Position numbers and translations under genes: made by a program
Notes under the pieces: generated by a model
What the model was told of the DNA's origin: nothing
The model's input: only the letters and a program-made list of their open reading frames with translations
Databases searched by the model: none
Shown here: positions 55,695-64,000 of the stretch, piece after piece
Numbering within the stretch: position 1 is the first letter of the stretch
Layout: each line of letters opens with the position of its first letter
Virus record (IMG/VR): IMGVR_UViG_3300032227_000508
Coordinates: 926 to 64,925 of that record
DNA from: a virus
Lineage: Duplodnaviria > Caudoviricetes
Length of the DNA stretch: 64,000 bases
Reading direction: 5' to 3' (one strand)

Positions 55695-55841
55695 TTAAAT
55701 ATAATATAAGAATTAATACTAAAAAATATATTGCAAATTATTTTCAATTTATTTTCAAATAATTATTAATCTTCCTAAAAGAAGAAAAAAAAAGAAAAAA
55801 GGCTTTCCGCCCCAGCCCGCCAAAATAAAATATAATAGACT

Positions 55842-56399
55842 ATGGCATTATTTACTGAAGAAGATTTTAAGGTTTTAACAATAGACCCTTTTGCAAAAAA
55901 CTTTGCTAAACAAAAAATTGTTGAGCAGTTATTTGGTAAGCTTAATCCATCTGAGGACGCAGTTATTAAGTATGTGATTTTGTTATATGATAGCAAGTCT
56001 CCACTTAGATTAAAGATTCCTTTACTATCTGATAGAAAGAAAGAATGTGCTGAGTTAGCAGGGTTATCTATTAAAGACAATATCTTTGATTTAAGCCACC
56101 CAAAAATAGTGGGATATGTAAATACTTATCTTAGGTATCAGCAGTCCAAAGTGTGGTCAATATTGGCTGCTAACGAAGAAGTATTGTGGCAATATCAATC
56201 TGAATTACTAACTCCGATAACGCAGTTCAAAACTGATAAGGATAAGTTGCAAGCTTTGGAGATTAAATCAAAGTTAATGGCGGAGTGTGATGCTATTATA
56301 AAACGAATTGAGTCTTACGAAGAAAAGTTATTTGGGGATAACTCTGATAAAAAAGATAAAATATTAAGTATGACACCAGAGGCAATATCTAATTTATAA
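55842..56399 (+). CDS. Putative terminase small subunit or packaging-associated protein
   Basis: 185 aa, helical, immediately upstream of terL; positional inference only. Confidence 0.45.
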   Translation: MALFTEEDFKVLTIDPFAKNFAKQKIVEQLFGKLNPSEDAVIKYVILLYDSKSPLRLKIPLLSDRKKECAELAGLSIKDNIFDLSHPKIVGYVNTYLRYQQSKVWSILAANEEVLWQYQSELLTPITQFKTDKDKLQALEIKSKLMAECDAIIKRIESYEEKLFGDNSDKKDKILSMTPEAISNL

Positions 56400-56400
56400 T

Positions 56401-58410
56401 ATGTATAGAGTTCATAAAAATTCAAAACAACTTGATATTCATGGGATTACGGTTAATCTTCCGCCTACTGGGTGGGTATATAATGTTATTACAAGTGAAT
56501 GGGAAAAAAGGGATCCGGTTAAACGGTCTATGCGAAAAGAAAATCAGTACTGGGAGAGACCTCTACCACCTGATGACTATGAAGCAAAAAGAAAGAGGGA
56601 AATATTGTCTCAAAAAACAAACGCTGACTACCAAAGTAGTGAGCTTCAAAACTATCGTAATCAAGAATGGGACAGGAGGCTAAATGGATTTTGGTTTTAT
56701 AATAATGGGAATGCAACTTATATTACAGGGCTTCATTACTTTTACTTAGTGCATTGGAAGATAGATGTAGGTTATCCCGACTTTCGTATTACAGACAAAG
56801 AGTTTTTTTACTTTTTGGAATATGTATGTCAAGACCCACGCAGTCTAGGAATGATTGAAGTTACAAAACGTAGGCAGGGTAAGACAATGAGGGCGGGTGC
56901 TTTTTTGTTTGAGCTTACCTCAAGGAGCAAGAATAAGAATGCAGGTATTCAATCTAAGACATTTGAGGATGCTAAAGAAAACGTATTTGCTAAGGGTGTC
57001 GTAATGCCATTTAAGTATTTACCCGATTTCTTTATTCCAATTTACGATACTGAAAAAGGAATGACCCCTAAAGGAGAATTACGTTTTTTCAAAACTAATA
57101 AGAGGGGTGCGTCTGATTTTGATTTTGATAAAAAAATAGAACTTGAGTCAAGCATTACTTTTAAGTCAGCAGATAAATTCTCATATGATGGAACAAAACT
57201 ACATAGATACCTTGCGGATGAAGCGGGTAAAACAAAGAATGTTGACGTATATGACCGCCATCAAGTGGTTCAATTCTGTTTACAACAAGAAGAAAATATT
57301 ATTGGTAAGGCTTTATATACTACTACTGTTGAGGAGATGGAAGATGGGGGAGCATCTTTTAAACAACTTTGGATGGCATCAGACCAATCCAAAAGAGATA
57401 AGAATGGAAGAACAATGTCGGGGCTGTACCAATACTTTATGCCCGCATACAAAACGTTGTTCTATGACAAATATGGATTTGCTGACGAAGAAAAAGCAAA
57501 AGATTATTACATAAATGCAAGGGAGGCATTATCTTCTGATAACAGAGCCTTAGCGTCTTATATTCGTAAGAACCCATTTACAATTGAGGAAGCATTCTTT
57601 AGTGAAGGAGAGACTTGTTTGTATGATGCAATGGCAATCAATAGGCAGATTGAAACAATATCGTGGATTGATAAAAAAGAATTATATTTGCAAGGAGAAT
57701 TTATATGGGAAGATGGAGTTCGTGATAGCAAGGTTATTTTTAAAGAAAGTTCTACTGGTAAGTTTCTTGTAATAAAAGAAGTAAACCCACAAGACGTTGA
57801 TTCTTATAACCAAGTTGAGGAGTATGGTACAAAGAAAATACCAAAGGCTAAGACTAAGTATGCAATTGGAGTCGATCCATTTGACCATTCGATAACTACA
57901 AGTAATGAGCGTTCTGATGGAGCAGCCTATGTTTATAGAAGATTTGATGCAACAGATGAGCTAAGTGAGACATTCTTAGTAGAGTATTTGAATCGCCCCG
58001 ATAAGGCAGAAATATTCTACGAGGATATGATTAAGTTGTGTCATTTCTTTGGGTGCGAGATATTGTCTGAGGACCAGAAGATTGGTTTAATTAAGTACTT
58101 TGAATACAGGGGATATGAGAAATTTTTAGTTAAAATGCCCAATTCGGCTAAGTATGGAATATCTGCTAGTACAAAGGTGCACCAACAGATAGCTGAAGAA
58201 ACAGAAAGTTATATAATGGATAATTTGCATAAAGTCAAATTTCCTAAACTTTTAAATGACTGGTTGCACTTTGATATAAATAAAACAACTAAATTTGATG
58301 CGGCAATGGCAAGTGGTTACACATTAATTGCATCGAGTAAATCAAAGTTTACTCAGAAGATTGAACAACAACAAAAACTATATGAAATACGAGATGTATT
58401 TCCGTTTTAA
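56401..58410 (+). CDS. terL: Terminase large subunit (crAss-like)
   Basis: KRRQGKT ATPase motif, YLADEAGK Walker B, IGVDPFD nuclease motif, KFDAAMASG. Confidence 0.92.
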   Translation: MYRVHKNSKQLDIHGITVNLPPTGWVYNVITSEWEKRDPVKRSMRKENQYWERPLPPDDYEAKRKREILSQKTNADYQSSELQNYRNQEWDRRLNGFWFYNNGNATYITGLHYFYLVHWKIDVGYPDFRITDKEFFYFLEYVCQDPRSLGMIEVTKRRQGKTMRAGAFLFELTSRSKNKNAGIQSKTFEDAKENVFAKGVVMPFKYLPDFFIPIYDTEKGMTPKGELRFFKTNKRGASDFDFDKKIELESSITFKSADKFSYDGTKLHRYLADEAGKTKNVDVYDRHQVVQFCLQQEENIIGKALYTTTVEEMEDGGASFKQLWMASDQSKRDKNGRTMSGLYQYFMPAYKTLFYDKYGFADEEKAKDYYINAREALSSDNRALASYIRKNPFTIEEAFFSEGETCLYDAMAINRQIETISWIDKKELYLQGEFIWEDGVRDSKVIFKESSTGKFLVIKEVNPQDVDSYNQVEEYGTKKIPKAKTKYAIGVDPFDHSITTSNERSDGAAYVYRRFDATDELSETFLVEYLNRPDKAEIFYEDMIKLCHFFGCEILSEDQKIGLIKYFEYRGYEKFLVKMPNSAKYGISASTKVHQQIAEETESYIMDNLHKVKFPKLLNDWLHFDINKTTKFDAAMASGYTLIASSKSKFTQKIEQQQKLYEIRDVFPF

Positions 58411-58412
58411 TT

Positions 58413-60710
58413 ATGGATGATAACGTAACTTCGACACTTGGTTTCCCAAGCCATTTATTAGATTCTTCTCAAAAGGATAAAAAATGGATTGCTCAATATA
58501 TAAAATCCGCTTGGATGGATTTTTCAACTTACTATCCCAATCAACTTTATAACGGTAGAGATAAATACCATGAGACCAAGTTGTATATGCTTGGTAAACA
58601 ATCGGTAAGTAGATACAAAAAGTTATTTCAACCTAGTCAAGTTGCTAATGAAGATCAGTCTTGGATTAATATTAACTGGGATATACTTCCAATTATTCCA
58701 AAGTTTAGAAGAATAGCATTAGCTACATTATTAAAAGCTGACTACTCTATTTCTGTTGACGCAATAGACCCTTTAGCACAAGACGATAAAAAAGAATTTT
58801 ATGCAAAGAATGCATCTGCAATTATAGTAAAAGAAGAATTTAAAAAACAAGGGATTGACCCAAGTATGGTGCCAGACCCTGAAGTTGACGCAGCTTCATT
58901 AAAAGAGCTTGATATGTATATGAACTATTCATACAAACATAGGATGGCAATTGAGATGGAACAAGCGTTGGAATTAATATTAAGTTTGAATAAATTTCCT
59001 CAACAAAGGGAAAAAGCAGTTGAAGACTTAATAGATTACGGTATTGCTGCATACAAAGAATACTTTGATAAGTCAGGAACAATTAAAACCCGCCACGTTT
59101 CACCAGCAAATATGGTTATGTCATATGCTATTGATCCAAATTTTGAAGATGTTCAATACTTTGGAGAGGTTCTTGAGATGACAATTTCTGATTTAAAGGA
59201 ACTTGCGGGAGACCAAATTACAGAAGCTCAATATGAAATAATTGCAGGTAAGTATACAAATAAGTTAGGGAATCCTGCATTGCTTAAAAATGTTAATTCA
59301 AACCAAAATAGAAACTATGACGGATTTAGAATTAGGGTACTTGACTTAGAATTTTATTCTGTAAATCATTTTATACAAGAAGAAAGAGTTAACTCAAAAG
59401 GTAACATAGTTGTAGGTAGAGCAAGTAAAATTAAGAATACCAAGTCTGATAAAAAATATACTAAAACTGATTATAAGGTTGTATATCAAGGTAAGTGGAT
59501 TATTGATTCAGATATATTCTTTGATTGCCAATTAGCAACAAACATGAAGAGGGCAAAGTCTTCTTTAACTGAAACTACATTATCTTATCACGTTGTTGCC
59601 CCTCAATTATATCAAATGAACACCTATTCATTAGGAGAACAAATGAAACCAATTGCGGACCAGATACAAATGGCTTGGTATAAATTACAAAATGTAATGC
59701 TTAGGGCAAGACCAAGAGGTATAATGATTGAGTTAGGTGCGTTAGAGAATGTGCCTATTGGTAGAGGAGGTAAAGCCCTTAAACCAATGGATGTTATTGA
59801 CTTGTATAATCAAACGGGTAACTTAGTTTATCGTAGGTTAAATGATGAAGGACAAGCAAGTAATTACAAGCCAATTGAAGAACTTGAAAATGGTATTGGA
59901 AATGAAGCTGTACAATACTTTAATATTATTACAAACAATATTCAGTTACTAAGGGATATATTAGGATTTAATGAGATTACAGATGGTTCAACACCGGATC
60001 CTCGCACATTAAAAGGAGTTGCAAAATATGCTTCTGAATCAACTAATAATTCACTTGACTATATTAAGCGTTCAGAAAGAAACCTTTTAGAGCGGTTATG
60101 TTATTCGTTAACTTTAAGAATCCAAGATGCTGCCCAAATGGGAACTATTGATGGATTTGTTAGGGCATTAGGTTCTAATACAGTACAATTCTTCAAGTTA
60201 GACCCTAATGTTTCTGCATATGAATGTGGACTAATAATAGAACAAAAGCCGACAGAAATAGAAAGAGAAAAATTAGATAGAAGAATTGAGCAAGCAATCC
60301 AAGCTGGACAAATAACATTGGCAGACGCAATGATGGTTGAAAATTTAGATAACTTAAAATATGCTGAATTATTATTAGCATACAAAATATCAAAGAACCA
60401 AGAAGATGCTCAAGAAAGGTCAATGCAACAACAGCAGATGAATGGTCAAATACAGCAACAGTCTGCACAGGTGGCAGCTCAGATGCAACAACAAACTATT
60501 CAATTGGAAGCTCAAGCTAAAATGGCTGTTATTCAAAAAGAAAAAGAACTTGAATCGCAGATGCTTATGATGAAACTTCAAATGGAAGCACAAATTGAGC
60601 AAATGAAAATGTCTGGTAAAATGGATATGAGTAAGATAGAAGCTGATTCAAGGGAGTATATTGCGGAAATAAAGAAATCTGCAATTAAAATGTCAGATTA
60701 TAAAAAATAG
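58413..60710 (+). CDS. Portal protein (crAss-like)
   Basis: 765 aa after terL; INWDILPIIPKF, ILGFNEITDGS motifs; Gln-rich C-terminal coiled coil. Confidence 0.85.
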   Translation: MDDNVTSTLGFPSHLLDSSQKDKKWIAQYIKSAWMDFSTYYPNQLYNGRDKYHETKLYMLGKQSVSRYKKLFQPSQVANEDQSWININWDILPIIPKFRRIALATLLKADYSISVDAIDPLAQDDKKEFYAKNASAIIVKEEFKKQGIDPSMVPDPEVDAASLKELDMYMNYSYKHRMAIEMEQALELILSLNKFPQQREKAVEDLIDYGIAAYKEYFDKSGTIKTRHVSPANMVMSYAIDPNFEDVQYFGEVLEMTISDLKELAGDQITEAQYEIIAGKYTNKLGNPALLKNVNSNQNRNYDGFRIRVLDLEFYSVNHFIQEERVNSKGNIVVGRASKIKNTKSDKKYTKTDYKVVYQGKWIIDSDIFFDCQLATNMKRAKSSLTETTLSYHVVAPQLYQMNTYSLGEQMKPIADQIQMAWYKLQNVMLRARPRGIMIELGALENVPIGRGGKALKPMDVIDLYNQTGNLVYRRLNDEGQASNYKPIEELENGIGNEAVQYFNIITNNIQLLRDILGFNEITDGSTPDPRTLKGVAKYASESTNNSLDYIKRSERNLLERLCYSLTLRIQDAAQMGTIDGFVRALGSNTVQFFKLDPNVSAYECGLIIEQKPTEIEREKLDRRIEQAIQAGQITLADAMMVENLDNLKYAELLLAYKISKNQEDAQERSMQQQQMNGQIQQQSAQVAAQMQQQTIQLEAQAKMAVIQKEKELESQMLMMKLQMEAQIEQMKMSGKMDMSKIEADSREYIAEIKKSAIKMSDYKK

Positions 60711-60714
60711 TTTA

Positions 60715-60722
60715 TAGTTTTG
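60715..60722 (+). promoter_or_regulatory. -7 element TAGTTTTG for capsid genes
   Basis: Exact TAnnTTTG 20 nt before ATG 60743. Confidence 0.6.
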
Positions 60723-60742
60723 TATAACCAAACATCATAAAT

Positions 60743-61831
60743 ATGGCAGAGCCAATTAACTTAGATGAACTTTTAACTAAAAGCGATTCAATTGAAGAAA
60801 AAGCAGAAGCACCAAATCTAGAATCGGTTAATAATGCAGATAATACTGCTGAAGGCGAAGGAGTTGATGATTCTATTAAAGATAATGACCCTCAGAACGA
60901 TGAGGTGATAACAGAAGAAAATGCGGAGAACGAAGAAACTGACGAAGAGGTCTATGTAAAAACAGATGGAAGTAACGAAAAGGTTGCTGACACAATCATA
61001 GAAGACCAATTTGAAGAAAGTAAATCCGAACCCACAGAGTATAAATTCAAGGATGACTTTATAAAAAAGGCAGTTGACTATTACGAGAAGTATGGAACAC
61101 TACAACCTTTTTTAGAAGCTACTCAGACTGACTATGATATTGTTGATGATACGCAGTTGCTAAAGATGAAGTTCGATAAGGACAATTCTGATTTACCAGC
61201 TAAAACCAGAGATAAATTATTTCAGAAAGAGCTTGAAAGGTACAATCTTGATTCGTATGAAGAAGATGATATTGAGCTTGGACAAGCCTTATTAAAGCGA
61301 GATGCTAATAAGCTAAGACATTCACTCAAGGAAGAGCAAACGCAATTCTTACAATCTATTCAACCTGCGGCACAAGAACAACAAAGTGCGGTTTCACAAG
61401 AACAAATGCAAGCTCAACAAGAGCAAAATAGGCAACTTGCTCAAAGTGGAGTCGAAAGTGTATTAAAGAACAGTTATATTAAAGTTGGAGCTAACGGGGA
61501 AGGAATTAACTTTCAGGTTGCAGATACTAATAGAGTTGTTGATTATGCACTTGATTCAACTCAGTTTCTATCTACGTTTGCAAAACAAGATGGAAGTGTT
61601 GATTGGGATAAATGGGTTAAGGTTATTGCGTTTACGGAAAACCCTGATTTATTTGTCGGAGAACTAATTAAGCATGGAAAGTCTTTAGGTAGAAAAGCTA
61701 TGGAGGCTGAGTTAAAAAATGTAACACCCAATATGACATCAAAATCAGTTGTGGTAGGGGATGAAGGAAACGACAACCCATATGATGACAGATTAGGATT
61801 TTTAAAAGGGATGAAAGTTACAAGAAAATAA
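60743..61831 (+). CDS. Acidic scaffold-like protein
   Basis: Highly acidic N-terminus, coiled-coil body, between portal and capsid. Confidence 0.6.
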   Translation: MAEPINLDELLTKSDSIEEKAEAPNLESVNNADNTAEGEGVDDSIKDNDPQNDEVITEENAENEETDEEVYVKTDGSNEKVADTIIEDQFEESKSEPTEYKFKDDFIKKAVDYYEKYGTLQPFLEATQTDYDIVDDTQLLKMKFDKDNSDLPAKTRDKLFQKELERYNLDSYEEDDIELGQALLKRDANKLRHSLKEEQTQFLQSIQPAAQEQQSAVSQEQMQAQQEQNRQLAQSGVESVLKNSYIKVGANGEGINFQVADTNRVVDYALDSTQFLSTFAKQDGSVDWDKWVKVIAFTENPDLFVGELIKHGKSLGRKAMEAELKNVTPNMTSKSVVVGDEGNDNPYDDRLGFLKGMKVTRK

Positions 61832-61858
61832 TTTTTAACTTTTTAAATTTTAGAAAAA

Positions 61859-63190
61859 ATGGCTATTGCAGCAGGAAATATAGATCGTACCTTTTTATCT
61901 ACGGTCTCTTTCACAAACACGCTAGAGCAGCGTGAAATTTTAAAGGACGTTCTTGACATCTATGATGAAGAAGCGTCTATGCTTGATGTATTAGATTGGA
62001 CAGGTCGCTCTAAAGCTTCTGCTCAAACTGAATACTTTACTGTACAAAATAACTTCTTGTATGCTATGGCTACAGTTAAAACTCCGGGAACTTCTGCTGG
62101 AGCTGCTGGTGCATCTGTAGATATTACTTGCGTTGGTTCAACTTCTGTTAAGCCAGTAGTAGGTGAGTTAATTTTGTTTGCTAACGGTGTTGTAGGTTAT
62201 GTATCTGCTATATCTTCAGCTACTGACTTTGTTCTTACTGTTAAGCCCGTTAACTCTGCTGACGCAATTCCTGCGGCTGCAACTGGAGCGAAATTATCTT
62301 TCTTTTCTAATGCATATGCTGAAGGTACTGGTTCTAACCAAATGCGTAAGTCTGACTTAGTTAAGCGTTCTAACAAACTTCAAATCTTCAAAACTAAGAC
62401 ATCTATCACAGATATCGCTTACGGTTCTAAGATTGAGGTTGAATTTAAAGGAAAGCCTTACTATTTTTTAAAGCAACAACACGATGCTTATTTGAAGCAC
62501 AGAATGGATATTCTTTATACTGTTTTGTTTGGTCGTGAGTCTGCTGGTTTGACTGATGCTGCTGGCAATGCAATTAACACAACTCGTGGATTGCGTGACA
62601 CTATTGTTAATGCAGGTGGTATTACTTCAAATACAGCTACTTCAACAATTGCATTGTCTGACTTATCTACTTTGTCTCGTTTGATGGATGCTAACCGTTG
62701 CCCAATTGAATACCAATTATGGGCTGGTGCTGACTTTGACAACAACTTTGATACAGCAATTAGTGCTTCTTCTCCATTCTTGAATGGTGGTATTAACTAT
62801 GCGTCTTACAATGGTAAGAAAGATGTAGCTATCGCATTGGGTATCCAATCGTTTAATGCTTATGGTCGTACTTTCCATAAGAAGCGTTTGAGTGCATTAT
62901 CGCATCCACAAATTACTTCTACTGCTACTAACACAATTTACACTAAGGAAGCTTATTTGATTCCTGCTGGTAAAATTAAAGTTGAGCAAGGTGGTGGTCA
63001 AGTAGATCGTATGCAAATGCGTTACTTAGAGATGTCTGATGGTATTAACTCTCGTTTCCGTGAGAAAATGCTTGGGGGACTTGCCCCAACTCCAACTTCT
63101 GATACTGATACACTTGATATCGTGTATAGCTCTATCGAAGGATTGGAAACCGTTGGTAATGAGCACTTTATAAAGTATAACTTAGCTTAG
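61859..63190 (+). CDS. Major capsid protein (crAss-like)
   Basis: 443 aa, strongly biased codon usage, AYAEGT...NKLQIFK...TTRGL motifs, followed by terminator. Confidence 0.85.
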   Translation: MAIAAGNIDRTFLSTVSFTNTLEQREILKDVLDIYDEEASMLDVLDWTGRSKASAQTEYFTVQNNFLYAMATVKTPGTSAGAAGASVDITCVGSTSVKPVVGELILFANGVVGYVSAISSATDFVLTVKPVNSADAIPAAATGAKLSFFSNAYAEGTGSNQMRKSDLVKRSNKLQIFKTKTSITDIAYGSKIEVEFKGKPYYFLKQQHDAYLKHRMDILYTVLFGRESAGLTDAAGNAINTTRGLRDTIVNAGGITSNTATSTIALSDLSTLSRLMDANRCPIEYQLWAGADFDNNFDTAISASSPFLNGGINYASYNGKKDVAIALGIQSFNAYGRTFHKKRLSALSHPQITSTATNTIYTKEAYLIPAGKIKVEQGGGQVDRMQMRYLEMSDGINSRFREKMLGGLAPTPTSDTDTLDIVYSSIEGLETVGNEHFIKYNLA

Positions 63191-63207
63191 TTCCAATGAT
63201 TATCATT

Positions 63208-63237
63208 AAAAAGAGGGGGCTAAAAATCCCTCTTTTT
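63208..63237 (+). terminator. Intrinsic terminator after capsid gene
   Basis: AAAAGAGGG-loop-CCCTCTTTTT. Confidence 0.85.
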
Positions 63238-63266
63238 ATTAAAAATACAAACCAAACAAAATAAAA

Positions 63267-64000
63267 ATGAAAGCATCAGAATACAATAACTTCTCTCCTT
63301 CGATGAAGAGAGCTCTTAAACAAGATGAGAGAGCAACCTACAGGATTCTTAATGTAAGACCTGATCCTGATAATTACGGGAAATTTTTAATGCCCGCAGC
63401 TCATCAAATTCCATCTACCGATCAGGTATATGATAAACAAAAAGGTGAATTTGTAAATATAGCTGCAATAGAAAGTCAAAATGAAAAAGGAGAGCCTATT
63501 TTTTTAAGCATAGTTTTTTCTGCAAACAACCTTGGTTATTTATTTTTAAATGGTAATAATTCTGTCCATCAAAAAATGTATCAATTCCTTGAGTTATGTA
63601 ATTACAATAGTTCGAATAAAGACAGAAGTGAAGAGAAAGGGGATCCGGTTTTTTACAGAGTTGATAATAAGAAAGAAGCTATTGAAGAAAGAAGTACTAG
63701 AAAGTTGATAGTGAAAGCTATTAATGCTGCTTTAGAATTAGATGATGCTAAGGCTAAAGAAGTTGGGATGGCACTTGGAATTGAAGCAGAATCATTAGAA
63801 GAAGTTCGTAATCAATTAGAAGATTTTGCAGAAATAAACCCTGAAGAGTTTATGACTATTGTTGAAAGAGCATCTCTTGGAGTAGAATCTGTTTTAAAAG
63901 AAGCTATTAAGCAAGGAATTATAAAAAATAATGTAAATTCACAAGTATTTGAGTGGACAGAGACTGAAAAGGAAATTTTTAAATACAAAAAAGCTCCTAA
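63267..64000 (+). CDS. Conserved post-capsid protein, 3'-truncated (not in ORF track)
   Basis: Open from ATG 63267 to window end (MKASEYNNFSPSMKR...KYKKAP); AACCAAACA leader. Confidence 0.75.
   Translation, partial: MKASEYNNFSPSMKRALKQDERATYRILNVRPDPDNYGKFLMPAAHQIPSTDQVYDKQKGEFVNIAAIESQNEKGEPIFLSIVFSANNLGYLFLNGNNSVHQKMYQFLELCNYNSSNKDRSEEKGDPVFYRVDNKKEAIEERSTRKLIVKAINAALELDDAKAKEVGMALGIEAESLEEVRNQLEDFAEINPEEFMTIVERASLGVESVLKEAIKQGIIKNNVNSQVFEWTETEKEIFKYKKAP

Noticed and set aside
55565-55747. 60-aa Pro-rich ORF on - strand
   Set aside because: It is simply the translation of the iteron array; no evidence of coding.
1-64000. Stop-codon reassignment as in some crAss-like phages
   Set aside because: Long genes are intact under the standard code, TAG and TGA terminate coupled genes, and no suppressor tRNA was seen.
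1-64000. tRNA/rRNA genes, introns, inteins, IS elements
   Set aside because: No cloverleaf, rRNA, splice, intein or transposase signature recognised by eye; tRNAscan-SE and Infernal would be needed to exclude them.

Overview
The window is most of the genome of an AT-rich (roughly one-third GC by eye) tailed bacteriophage. It is probably a podovirus of a Bacteroidota host, given TAnnTTTG -7 promoters, no Shine-Dalgarno sites, DUF5977-type repeats and a u-spanin-type lipoprotein. Layout: (i) 1-33.4 kb, + strand: tail fibres/spikes, lysis cassette, three crAss-like tail ring proteins, muzzle/stabilisation protein, ejection proteins including a 2849-aa polyvalent protein, and a cluster of small basic proteins. 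(ii) 33.4-54.3 kb, - strand: early and replication genes (two compact C5 methyltransferases, RusA-like resolvase, HTH regulators, SSB-like protein, PhoH, Cas4-like nuclease, DnaB, lambda-O-like initiator with internal iterons, many small ORFs, amidoligase plus glutamine amidotransferase). (iii) 54.9-64 kb, + strand: tandem GroES-like protein, terminase, portal, scaffold-like protein, major capsid protein. I recognised no DNA polymerase, RNA polymerase, integrase, tRNA or CRISPR array. The most striking unexplained structures are: a second, inverted copy of the origin iterons plus AT-rich tract placed in front of the packaging genes; a three-hairpin terminator-containing leader between a promoter and the replication operon; a frame-independent excess of the octamer GGATCCGG; and a repeat-rich non-coding block at 50.5-50.9 kb. 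All family calls come from motif recognition by eye, with no database searches, and all counts are manual.
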